DNA from: an uncultured Planctomycetota bacterium
Lineage (GTDB): Bacteria; Planctomycetota; UBA11346
Direction: 5' to 3'
NCBI GenBank assembly: GCA_963818245.1
Contig: CAWFSD010000043.1
Coordinates: 20,716-84,715 of the forward strand
DNA length: 64,000 nt
In this document: positions 8,924-17,078 of the stretch, piece by piece
How the letters are laid out: the number at the start of each line of letters is the position of its first letter
Position numbering within the stretch: the stretch's first letter is position 1
Translations under genes and position numbers: made by a program
Notes under the pieces: generated by a model
Databases searched by the model: none
Told to the model about the DNA's origin: nothing
Seen by the model: only the letters and a program-made list of their open reading frames with translations

Positions 8924-10507
8924 CTATTCCGCGGGGACCAGGCTCATCGCCGCCAGCCGGATGATGGACGACATGGTCAACCCCTGGAATTCGCGCACCG
9001 GCTTCGCCTGTCCCGGCACCATCAACCAGATCGCCGGATCGCCGGTCGCACCCAGCGCGTCCTTCAGCTTCACCGCATCGGTCATCAGGGTGGTGATGGT
9101 GGTCTGGTGCTGACGCACGGTGGCGATCGCCAATGACGTCGGGAAGTCTGCCGGCAGGTACGCCATCGCGTCGGCGGTGACGACGATGTCGCGCTGATGC
9201 TGCATGAAGGCGCCCAGGCATTCGACCAGCGGGCGCTCGCCGATCACGCCCGCGGCATAGGCCAGCGAGGCGGTGGCCTGGGAGGCTTGGTTGCGGTAGG
9301 TGATCAGGAAGCGCACCTGCAGGCGTCCGGCCTTGACCAGGTCGGCCAGCTCGAGCACCTGGGCGAGCTGCTGCGCGCACACCGGGCACCCCATGTCGAG
9401 GGCGAAGACCATGGTCACCGGCGCCGTGGTCCGGCCCCAGTGGTTGGCGAGCGCGACCGGCCGGCCCGCTGGCGCGGTTACGGAGGCCTGCGGGGCGGAT
9501 GCCTGCTCAGCGCTGGTCGGGCCGGCATGCGGCGCGTGCGACCGCACGGGCGTGGACCGCGGTGGCTCCTCATCGACCGGCGCGGCGACCGCGCTGCGCG
9601 CGACGGCCGCCGGAGCCGCCGGAACCGGCCACGCCTCGGTGGCGCGGTCGGCCGGCTCTCCGCCTGCACCCGCGCCGGCGCGCGCACCGCGCGCCGGCGC
9701 CTCGGCGCGGTGCGGCACGTCGGCCACGGGCGTGGACCACCGGGCGGCCGCCTCGTGGCCGGCCCCCTGCGCCGCGCGCACCTCTTCGCTGATCTGGTCG
9801 AGGCGCTGCGGCGGCTGCTCTTCGCTCCACAGGCCGCGCAGGTAGGCGAGCAGCTCCGCGGGGTCGTTGCGCAGCGGTGGCAGGTCGCGGTGGTGGTAGA
9901 GCGCGTTCGCGCCGCCGGCGGCGGCCAGCACCGTGGCGAGCACCGCGATGCGGGCGCTGCCGCGCGTCGCCAGCGCGAGGTCGGCGAGCTGCACGGCCAT
10001 CAGCGCGTGGATGGCGAAGCAGGAACCGCACCACGTCCCGGACGCCGCCATGACCATCGCGAAGAACAGCGATCCGCCGCAGGCCAGCGCGATGGCCAGG
10101 TCGGTGACCAGCGTGGCCTGTGGCCGGTAGCGGCCCTGCACCAGGGCGATCAGCGCCACCGCGCCGTGCAGGACGATGGCGGCGACCGCGGTGGGCAGGC
10201 CGAGGAAGTCGGCATAGGCGGCATAGCTGCCGCAGCGGCTCGCGCACAGCCCGAAGACCGCCACGGCGGCGAGCAGCACGGCGACCGCGTGCGGCCACGC
10301 GCGCCGGGACTCCCAGGCCGGCGCGCCGACCAGGGCATAGGCCATGGCGGCGACCGCCACCAGCGTCGCCACCACGCCGGTGGCCGGCGCCGCGGACAGC
10401 ACCACCGTCGCGACCAGGCTGAGCCCGCCGAGCCAGAAGCAGGCGAGCCTGAGCGCGTGGCGCGGCGCCAGGCCGGACTCCTGGTGCGGACGGCGCGGCG
10501 TGACCAC
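8924..10507 (-). CDS. VKOR (vitamin K epoxide reductase family) fused to a thioredoxin/DsbA-like domain
   Basis: The N-terminal region has 4-5 TM helices, the loop Cys pair CASRCGSYAAYADFLGLP, and a membrane CXXC (TWCGSCFAIH). A Pro/Ala-rich linker of ~150 aa follows. The C-terminal thioredoxin fold carries LDMGCPVCAQQ. The alternative start ATG 10541 (an ATGA overlap with the upstream gene) would need one indel. Confidence 0.75.
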   Translation of the reverse strand: MVTPRRPHQESGLAPRHALRLACFWLGGLSLVATVVLSAAPATGVVATLVAVAAMAYALVGAPAWESRRAWPHAVAVLLAAVAVFGLCASRCGSYAAYADFLGLPTAVAAIVLHGAVALIALVQGRYRPQATLVTDLAIALACGGSLFFAMVMAASGTWCGSCFAIHALMAVQLADLALATRGSARIAVLATVLAAAGGANALYHHRDLPPLRNDPAELLAYLRGLWSEEQPPQRLDQISEEVRAAQGAGHEAAARWSTPVADVPHRAEAPARGARAGAGAGGEPADRATEAWPVPAAPAAVARSAVAAPVDEEPPRSTPVRSHAPHAGPTSAEQASAPQASVTAPAGRPVALANHWGRTTAPVTMVFALDMGCPVCAQQLAQVLELADLVKAGRLQVRFLITYRNQASQATASLAYAAGVIGERPLVECLGAFMQHQRDIVVTADAMAYLPADFPTSLAIATVRQHQTTITTLMTDAVKLKDALGATGDPAIWLMVPGQAKPVREFQGLTMSSIIRLAAMSLVPAE

Positions 10508-10537
10508 CCTGCAGGGTGGCGACCTCGATCGGCGGGC

Positions 10538-11676
10538 TCATGGCTGCGCTCCTTCCGCGGCCGCAGCGACCGCACCGACCGCGCTGAGCGGCGGCACGAT
10601 CGCCGCGGCTGCCGGTGCGGGCGGCGGCGCGCGCTGGGGCGCGGTTTCCGGCGGCGCGCCCCCGCGGCGGGAGCGGCGACCTCGTCCATCTCGGCGTAGG
10701 GGATGTCGTGATCGACCAGCGCGAGGTCGGCGAGCGGCAGGCCGACCAGCTTGGCGACCACGTCCGCCGGCTGGAAGCCGTCGAGCCTGATGCCCTTGCG
10801 CGCGTGCGGATCGGGACCGCCGGCGGTGATGATGGTCAGCGGACTGGCGCCCAGGCGCAGCAGATCGGCGCGCGCGGCGTGGGCGAGCACGCAGCGCACC
10901 CCCGGCAGGCGCGCCATGTCGGGCTCCTCGCCGTCGGGCACGATCAGGGTGAAGCGCGGGTTGAGGCGCCCGAAGGCGCGCTCGATCTCATTGACCTGCG
11001 CGCGGAAGACGCGGCCGGCCGCGTCGGCGGTGTAGATGTGGAACACCCCGGGGTCGGCCCACGGATCGACGGTCTCGCCGCTGACGTGGTTGCGCGCCTT
11101 CAGCAGCGCCTCGTCGGCGGCGAACTCGCGGCCGGAGAAGCCGCTCTTCACCCGCCGCAGGGCGCGCAGCACGACCTGGTCCTTGCCCAGGGCGCGGCAG
11201 TACTCGGCGATCGACATGGCCTTGTAGTGGGCGCCGGCGACGTAGCCGAAATACAGCGTGAACAGCTCCGGATCGTTGCCGTGCATGGCCTGGGGGATGG
11301 AGAGCTGCGGGATCGGCATGCCATCGGCGTCGAGGAACAACAGCGTGCCGGCGCTGGCGCCGAAGAAGTTCTGCAGGCGTTCGCCGCCGACCAGGCGGTC
11401 CGTCATCGGGTTGCGCACCTGGTCGCCCGAGCGCAGCACCACCACTGGGATGTCGAGCGTGGCGATCGCCCCGGCCGCGAGCAGCCGCGGCAGGCGGTTG
11501 TCGGGACTGCCGAGATAGACCGCATAGGGTCCCGGGACGCCGGCGCGCAGACGTTCGAGGATGTCGTTCCAACCCGGCAGCGCGGTGGGCGGCGCCTGTG
11601 CGGCGGCCACGGCGGAAGCCCCGCCAAGGAGCAGGAGTGCGGTCAGGACCGCGATGCACGTGCCGGGGAGACGCAT
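10538..11676 (-). CDS. secreted periplasmic protein, two thioredoxin-fold-like halves without CXXC; 3' end reconstructed across a frame change near 10655
   Basis: The signal peptide is MRLPGTCIAVLTALLLLGGASAVAAAQA. The protein-like sequence runs to ...DIPYAEMDEVAAPAAG. After that the track frame becomes an Arg-rich run overlapping the next gene. The -1 frame instead gives APPETAPQRAPPPAPAAAAIVPPLSAVGAVAAAAEGAQP and a stop at 10538-10540. Confidence 0.5.
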
Positions 11677-11903
11677 GCGGAAATGCTAAGCGGCCCGGTC
11701 GACGCACAAACTTGGCAAGGACTGGATGGCCATCTCCAGGTTTGCATTCCCACCCCGGCTTGTCATAGTGCGCGCCTTCGATATGCGCACGTTGCGCCTG
11801 TCATTCCTGAGGCGCCTTCGCTTTCAAAGCCTACGCCTTCCCCCTGCGGTCCGGTCTCACGATCGGCCGCATCACGGGTGCGTCCGCACCCAAGTGAGAT
11901 AAC

Positions 11904-12284
11904 GTGGAACTCTACGTTGGTAATCTTCCCTGGTCCGTCACCGATGAGAGCCTCAGCGCCCTCTTCGCCAAGCACGGCGCCGTTTCGCGCGCCAAGGTCG
12001 TCATGGACCGCGAGAGCGGCCGCAGCCGCGGCTTCGGCTTCGTGACCATGACCAATGACGCCGAAGGCACCGCGGCCATCCAGGCCATCAACGGCACCCA
12101 GGTCGACGGCCGCGCAGTCAACGTGCGCCAGGCCGAAGAGCGCTCGGGCGGCGCTGGCGGCGGTCGCTCCGGCGGCGGCGGCGGTGGTGGTTACGGCGGC
12201 GGCTCGGGCGGCGGCGGTGGTTACGGCGGCGGCTCGGGCGGCGGCGGCGGCGGCGGATACGGCGGCGGTCGTCGCGATCGCTGA
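11904..12284 (+). CDS. RRM-type RNA-binding protein with a Gly-rich tail
   Basis: GTG start. The motifs LYVGNLPWSVTDESL (RNP2) and RGFGFVTM (RNP1) are followed by a GGYGGGSGGGGGYGGG...RRDR tail. Confidence 0.9.
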   Translation: MELYVGNLPWSVTDESLSALFAKHGAVSRAKVVMDRESGRSRGFGFVTMTNDAEGTAAIQAINGTQVDGRAVNVRQAEERSGGAGGGRSGGGGGGGYGGGSGGGGGYGGGSGGGGGGGYGGGRRDR

Positions 12285-12330
12285 ACGCAGCTCCCCGTCC
12301 GCGGCGACGCGGACGGACCGATGCTGAATG

Positions 12331-12365
12331 AACGCTGGCGGGGGCACACCCCGCCAGCGTTTTTT
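12331..12365 (+). terminator. rho-independent terminator of the RNA-binding protein gene (copy 1)
   Basis: An 11-13 bp perfect stem (aacgctggcgggg / ccccgccagcgtt) has a 5-nt loop and is followed by T6. Confidence 0.8.
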
Positions 12366-12424
12366 CATGCCCCGTGCACCGCCGCGCCATGCGCGCGGCG
12401 ACGCGGACGGGCCGATGCTGAATG

Positions 12425-12459
12425 AACGCTGGCGGGGGCACACCCCGGCAGCGTTTTTT
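12425..12459 (+). terminator. second, duplicated terminator (copy 2, one stem mismatch)
   Basis: The hairpin is the same as copy 1 except ccccgGcagcg, and it is followed by T6. Confidence 0.65.
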
Positions 12460-12521
12460 CATGCCCCGTGCACCGCCGCGCCATGCGCGTGCCCATCCGG
12501 GCGCTCATGGCGCAGGCCCGG

Positions 12522-13994
12522 TCACGGCACCGGCGCGGGCTCCTCGAGAATCGCGGCGCGGTGTCGCGCGATGCGCTGCGCGTACTCCGCATCCCCCGCG
12601 GTGAAGGCGTGGACGTCGGGATCCTGGTCGAGCCACTCGAGCACGTAGCCAGAGCGGTCCTCGGCGAGGACCCTGGCCACTCCCGCCATGAAATCCACGC
12701 GGCTGCCGCGCACGCAGGCGAACCAGGTGCACATGCAGTCGTACATCAGGATCTCAGCGCGCGGCGCGCGCACCGCGGCGAAGTCCGCGAGGCCCTCCTC
12801 GCGCCGGCCGGACGAGTACGAATAGCCGGCGCGCAGCACCTGCAGGTACCAGCCCTCGGGGTTGGCGACCAAGCCGGCGCGGATGCTGTCCATGGCCGCG
12901 TCCATCAGGCCATCCTCGCGCTGCGCCATCGCCAGCGTATAGAGTGCTCCGGCGAGCTCGGGGGAGCTTGCCGGCGTCATCGCGACCATCAGCTCTGCGC
13001 ACTGGCGGGCGGCGCCGTGGTCGCGCAGCGAGCGGTGGCAGCTCATCAGCTGGCCGAGCACGGCGCTCTCGATCGCCTTCGGAGCGCTGGCGAAGGCGCG
13101 CAGCAGCAGGGCGCGCTCGACGTCGTAGCGCTGCCCCAGGGCCTGCTCGCGCGCCTGGAACAGCAGTGCCGTCGCCAGCACCGTGGGCGGCGGGCCGGCG
13201 GCGACCAGGGCCGCGATGCCCGCCCGCGCCTCGCTGCGGCGGCCGGCGATGCCGGCCAGGCAGGTGAAGCGGTCGAGCGCGAGGTCCACCCGGTTGGGAG
13301 CGAGCGCCAGCGCGCGGTCGAGCAGCTCGGCCGCGGCGCCCCGCTGGGCCTGCTCCTCGCGCAGCCCGGCGGCCTGCTGCAGCAGCACGGCCAGCGCGCG
13401 GTCCTCGTCGAGGGACGCCCCCCAGCCCAGGGCCGCGACCTCGAGCGGATCGCAGCGCCCCCAGGCGTACAGGTACGTCGCGTCGTCGAACGCGGCCCCC
13501 TGGGCGGTGGTCTCGATGTTGATGCGCGCACCCTGGCCGTCCCAGCGCACGAAGGCGTGGCGGGGGATGACGACCATGCGGATGGGCAGCGCGAGCGCCG
13601 CGCCGACCGCGGCGTAGAGCGTCGCGCCGGCGATGCAGTTGCAGCGGTGGCGCAGCAGGGCCGCGGTGAGCGAGGCGTCGCGCCACAGCTGCGTGGACCG
13701 GTAGACCACGCCCGGCTCGACCAGGATGAGGCGGTTGAGGACGGCGATGCGCTCCGCCGGCGTCGACGCTCCAGCCAGGGCGGACCGGCACGCGGCCACC
13801 AGGGCGGTGAACGCGGCGGTGGCCGCCGCGTCGTCCACCTCGGGTTCCAGCAGGTGGTCCACGGCGAGCGCCCGCGCGAAGAACGTGGACGCGTCCGCGG
13901 GCGCGAGCGGCGCCGGGTCCTGCGCCGCGGCGCAGGCCAGCAGGCACCACGCCCCCAACGCCAGACCGCACGAGTGGATCCTTGCCCTGCGCAT
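12522..13994 (-). CDS. secreted transglutaminase-like (SirB1-type) domain protein with TPR-like helical repeats
   Basis: ATG 13994 gives the signal peptide MRRARIHSCGLALGAWCLLACAAAQ. The motif RCNCIAGATLYAAVGAALALPIRMVVIPRHAFVRWDG...INIETT fits the Cys/His/Asp transglutaminase-like core. The rest is helical repeat. It forms the lower part of composite track ORF 12522..15065. Confidence 0.6.
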   Translation of the reverse strand: MRRARIHSCGLALGAWCLLACAAAQDPAPLAPADASTFFARALAVDHLLEPEVDDAAATAAFTALVAACRSALAGASTPAERIAVLNRLILVEPGVVYRSTQLWRDASLTAALLRHRCNCIAGATLYAAVGAALALPIRMVVIPRHAFVRWDGQGARINIETTAQGAAFDDATYLYAWGRCDPLEVAALGWGASLDEDRALAVLLQQAAGLREEQAQRGAAAELLDRALALAPNRVDLALDRFTCLAGIAGRRSEARAGIAALVAAGPPPTVLATALLFQAREQALGQRYDVERALLLRAFASAPKAIESAVLGQLMSCHRSLRDHGAARQCAELMVAMTPASSPELAGALYTLAMAQREDGLMDAAMDSIRAGLVANPEGWYLQVLRAGYSYSSGRREEGLADFAAVRAPRAEILMYDCMCTWFACVRGSRVDFMAGVARVLAEDRSGYVLEWLDQDPDVHAFTAGDAEYAQRIARHRAAILEEPAPVP

Positions 13995-14071
13995 GGGACC
14001 GACGCTAGTGGCACCGGGCGCGAAGCCAGCGCGGACCGGCGTGGCCGGCGCACGCGCCCGCGCGCGGCCCC

Positions 14072-14978
14072 TCAGTGCGCCGCGGTCAGCAGCCCGCGCG
14101 CCTGGAACCACTCCTGCGCGCGCGCCGGCCAGGTGCTGGCGGCGCTCGCCGAGGGCCGCAGCCCGAAGCCGTGGCCGCCATCCGGGTAGACGTGCAGCTC
14201 GGCCGGGACCTTGAGGTTGCGCAGCGCGAGCTGCCAGGCCATGCCGTTCTCGCAGCCGAGCGGGATCGTTCTCCGCGTAGACGATGAAGCTGGGCGGCGC
14301 GTCGGCGGCGGGGGTGACCTCGGGATTCAGCGTCATGGTGCCCTTCGCGACCATGTAGGCCGGGTAGATCAGCAGGGCGAAGTCGGGGCGGCAGGAGAGC
14401 TGATCGACCGCGTCGGCGGCGGGGTATTGGCGCGGCAGCGCGCCGGCCGCGGCGATCGCCACGGCATGGCCGCCGGCGGAGAAGCCGAGCGCGCCGACGC
14501 GCCCGGGGGCGATGCCCCACTCCGCGGCGCGGCTGCGCACCGTGCTGAGCGCGCGCTGCAGGTCCTGCACCGCCGCCTGGTAGGATGGGTGGCCGGCGCG
14601 CGCCGGCACGCGGTAGGTCAGCAGCACGGCGGTGACGCCGCAGCCGTTCAGCCAGCGCGCGACCTCGGTGCCCTCGAGGTCCATGGCCAGGATCGAGTAG
14701 CCGCCGCCGGGGCAGATCACCACGGCCGTGCCGTTGCGCTGGGCCGCCGGCGGCGCGTAGACCGCGATGACCGGCTGCGACACGTCGTGCGCGCGGATGA
14801 TGTGGTCCTTGCCGGGATCCATGACCTGGGGCTTGGCGGGGGTCTCGGGCTCGCCGGGCGCGGGGCCGGCCCACAGCGGCACGGTGGCGAGCGGAGCCGA
14901 TTCGGCCGGCTCGGCTGCGAACGCGCCGGCCAGCGCGGAACCGAGGAGGGCGAGCGCGAGGTAGGAGAAGGACGTCAT
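14072..14978 (-). CDS. secreted alpha/beta-hydrolase (esterase/lipase type); one frame change near 14263
   Basis: ATG 14978 gives MTSFSYLALALLGSALAGAFA. Motifs include VVICPGGGYS, GALGFSAGGH (GxSxG) and FIVYAENDP. After a C-run indel the gene continues LGCENGMAWQLALRNLKVPAELHVYPDGGHGFGL...LLTAAH, with a stop at 14072-14074. Confidence 0.75.
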
Positions 14979-15183
14979 GACGCTCCGGCGGCGGGGGTGT
15001 GGACTGCATACGGCGCTGCGCCCGGGCCGCTGAGCGCGGGGGACGGCGACGGTCGCGGATGGCAAGTTACTTCAGTACCGGGACGCGGTGAAATCCCAGT
15101 AAAAACAGCGAAAATCCTGCACAAATGCCCTTGCCGGAGCGGTGCTGCCGCGCACCGTGCGCCTTCACCCGGAAACCGCCGGC

Positions 15184-17068
15184 ATGGTCAAGGTCCTGAG
15201 GCGGATGTGGGGCGGGGCGCGCGCGGCGCCGCTCGGGCTCGGCGGCCTGTGGAGCGACCTGCTGCTGCTCGCCGGGGTGGCCGGACTGGCCTACGGCGCC
15301 TTCGAGGTGGCGGCGCACTGGCACGGCGTGCGGCGCAGCGCGGTGGTGATCGACCTGTCGCCGTGGATGCTGCCCTGGTACACCTTCCAGTCGCTGATGC
15401 GCGGGCTGCTCGCCTACGTGCTGTCGCTCGGCTTCAGCCTGGCCTACGGCTACTGGGCGGCGAAGGACGCGCGCGCCGCGCGCGTGCTGGTGCCGCTGCT
15501 CGACATCCTGCAGAGCATCCCGGTGCTCGGCTTCATGCCCGGCCTGGTCATCGCGCTGGTGGCGCTGTTCCCGCGCAGCAACATCGGCCTCGAGCTGGCC
15601 GCGGTGCTGATGATCTTCACCGGCCAGGCGTGGAACATGACCTTCAGCTTCTACCGCTCGGTGCAGACCGGTCCCGCGCGAGCAGCTCGAGGCGGCGACG
15701 GTGTTCGGCTTCGGCTGGTGGCAGCGCCTGCGCGCCGTCGAGCTGCCGTTCGCGACCATCGGGCTGGTGTGGAACAGCATGATGAGCATGGCCGGCGGCT
15801 GGTTCTTCCTCACCCTGAGCGAGGCGTTCCAGCTCGGCGACCAGGACTACCGGCTGCCCGGCCTGGGCTCGTACATGAGCGTCGCGGCCGAGGCCGGCGA
15901 CGTCGGCGCGCAGGTCGCCGCGGTGGTGGCGATGATGGCGATGGTGGTCGCGCTCGACCAGCTGCTGTGGCGGCCGCTGGTGGTCTGGGCGCAGAAGTTC
16001 CGCATCGAGGACGGCGGCGGGGGCGAGACCACCTCGTCGTGGTTCCTCGACTGGCTGCGCCGCTCGCGGCTGCGCGCACTGCTGGGGCGCGGCGCGCAGC
16101 GCTGCCGGCGCTGCGGCGACGGCCTGGCGCGCACCGCGCCGCTCGCCGGCGCGGTCGCGCGGCTGCGCGCCTGGTCCCAGCGGCGCGTGGGCGCCTGCCG
16201 CGGCGCGCTGGCGCGCACGCCGCCCGGCGCCTGGCTCGACCGCCGCCTGGGCGCCGGCCACGCGGGGCCGGGGGGGCCGGGCTGGGCGCAGCGCGCGGCG
16301 CGCGGCGTGATGCGCGGACCGGGCGGCTTCCTGGGGCTGCTGCCGCTGGTGGCGCTGCTCGCCCTGCTCGCGTGGGGCGCTTACGAGGTCGCCGTGCTCA
16401 TCGCCCAGCTCGCGCCCGCGCGCTGGGCGGGCATCGCCGCGGCCAGCGGCCTGACGCTCGGCCGGGTGGTCGCGGCGACCGCCATCGGCACGCTCTGGAC
16501 GGTGCCCGTGGGGCTGGCGATCGGGCTGTCGCCGCGGCTCGCGCGCATCTTCCAGCCGATCATCCAGATCGCCGCGTCCTTCCCGGCCTCGATGCTGTTC
16601 CCCGCGGTCATCGCGCTGCTCTCCGCCGCGGGCGTCGGCCTCGGCTGGGGCAGCGTGCTGCTGATGCTGCTCGGCACGCAGTGGTACATCCTCTTCAACG
16701 TCATCGCCGGGACGATGACCATCCCCGCCGACCTGCGCGAGGCCGCGCGCGCCTACAGCATCCCGAAGCGCCAGCGCTTCCGCGAACTCTACCTGCCGGC
16801 GATCTTCCCCTACCTGGTCACCGGCTGGGTGACCGCGATGGGCGGCGCGTGGAACGCCAGCATCGTCGCCGAGTACGTCACCGTGCGGCACGAGACCGTG
16901 ACCACCGCCGGCCTCGGCGCGCTGGTCAGCCGGGCGGCGGCGGCGAACGACCTGCCCCTGCTCGCCGCCAGCGTGCTGGTCATGGCGGTGATCGTGGTCG
17001 GCATCAACCGCCTGCTGTGGCGCCGGCTCTACCGCCTCGCCGAGACCCGCTTCAGCCTGGACAAGTGA
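15184..17068 (+). CDS. ABC transporter permease, duplicated BPD-type domains (NitT/TauT family-like); one frame change near 15669
   Basis: ORF 15142..17082 is protein-like up to ...FSFYRSVQT. The sequence then continues in ORF 15701..17068 as VPREQLEAATVFGFGWWQRL... There are two permease modules (LLDILQSIPVLGFMP... and QIAASFPASMLFP...). Confidence 0.8.
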
Positions 17069-17078
17069 GGGACCACCC

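Larger units (their letters stand above)
12301..12488. repeat. tandem direct duplication, 2 x 94 bp, each copy carrying a terminator hairpin
   Basis: Copy 1 is 12301-12394 and copy 2 is 12395-12488. They are nearly identical (gcggcgacgcggacggRccgatgctgaatgaacgctggcgggggcacaccccgScagcgttttttcatgccccgtgcaccgccgcgccatgcgcg), with 2 mismatches seen. Confidence 0.85.

Noticed and set aside
1-11676. I considered annotating the first 11.7 kb as an integrative conjugative or mobile element.
   Set aside because: No integrase, relaxase, transposase, flanking direct repeats or tRNA target is visible in the window. GC content and codon style look the same as the rest. Only two T4SS-related domains are present, and both are incomplete or degenerate.
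12118-12284. I considered whether the GGYGGGSGGGGG-encoding GC-rich microsatellite-like run is a non-coding repeat.
   Set aside because: It is in frame with the RRM domain and ends in RRDR plus a stop. It is the usual Gly-rich tail of this protein family.
12328-12648. These are small ORFs (106 aa and 60 aa, both starting MNAGGGTPRQRFFMPRAPPRHAR) inside the 94-bp tandem repeat.
   Set aside because: They are generated by the duplicated terminator sequence itself. They read through hairpins and T-runs and are not protein-like.
15660-15675. I considered programmed ribosomal frameshifting as the explanation for the split ABC permease, and for other split genes.
   Set aside because: No slippery heptamer or downstream structure is evident. 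The phenomenon affects dozens of unrelated genes at sites with no common sequence.
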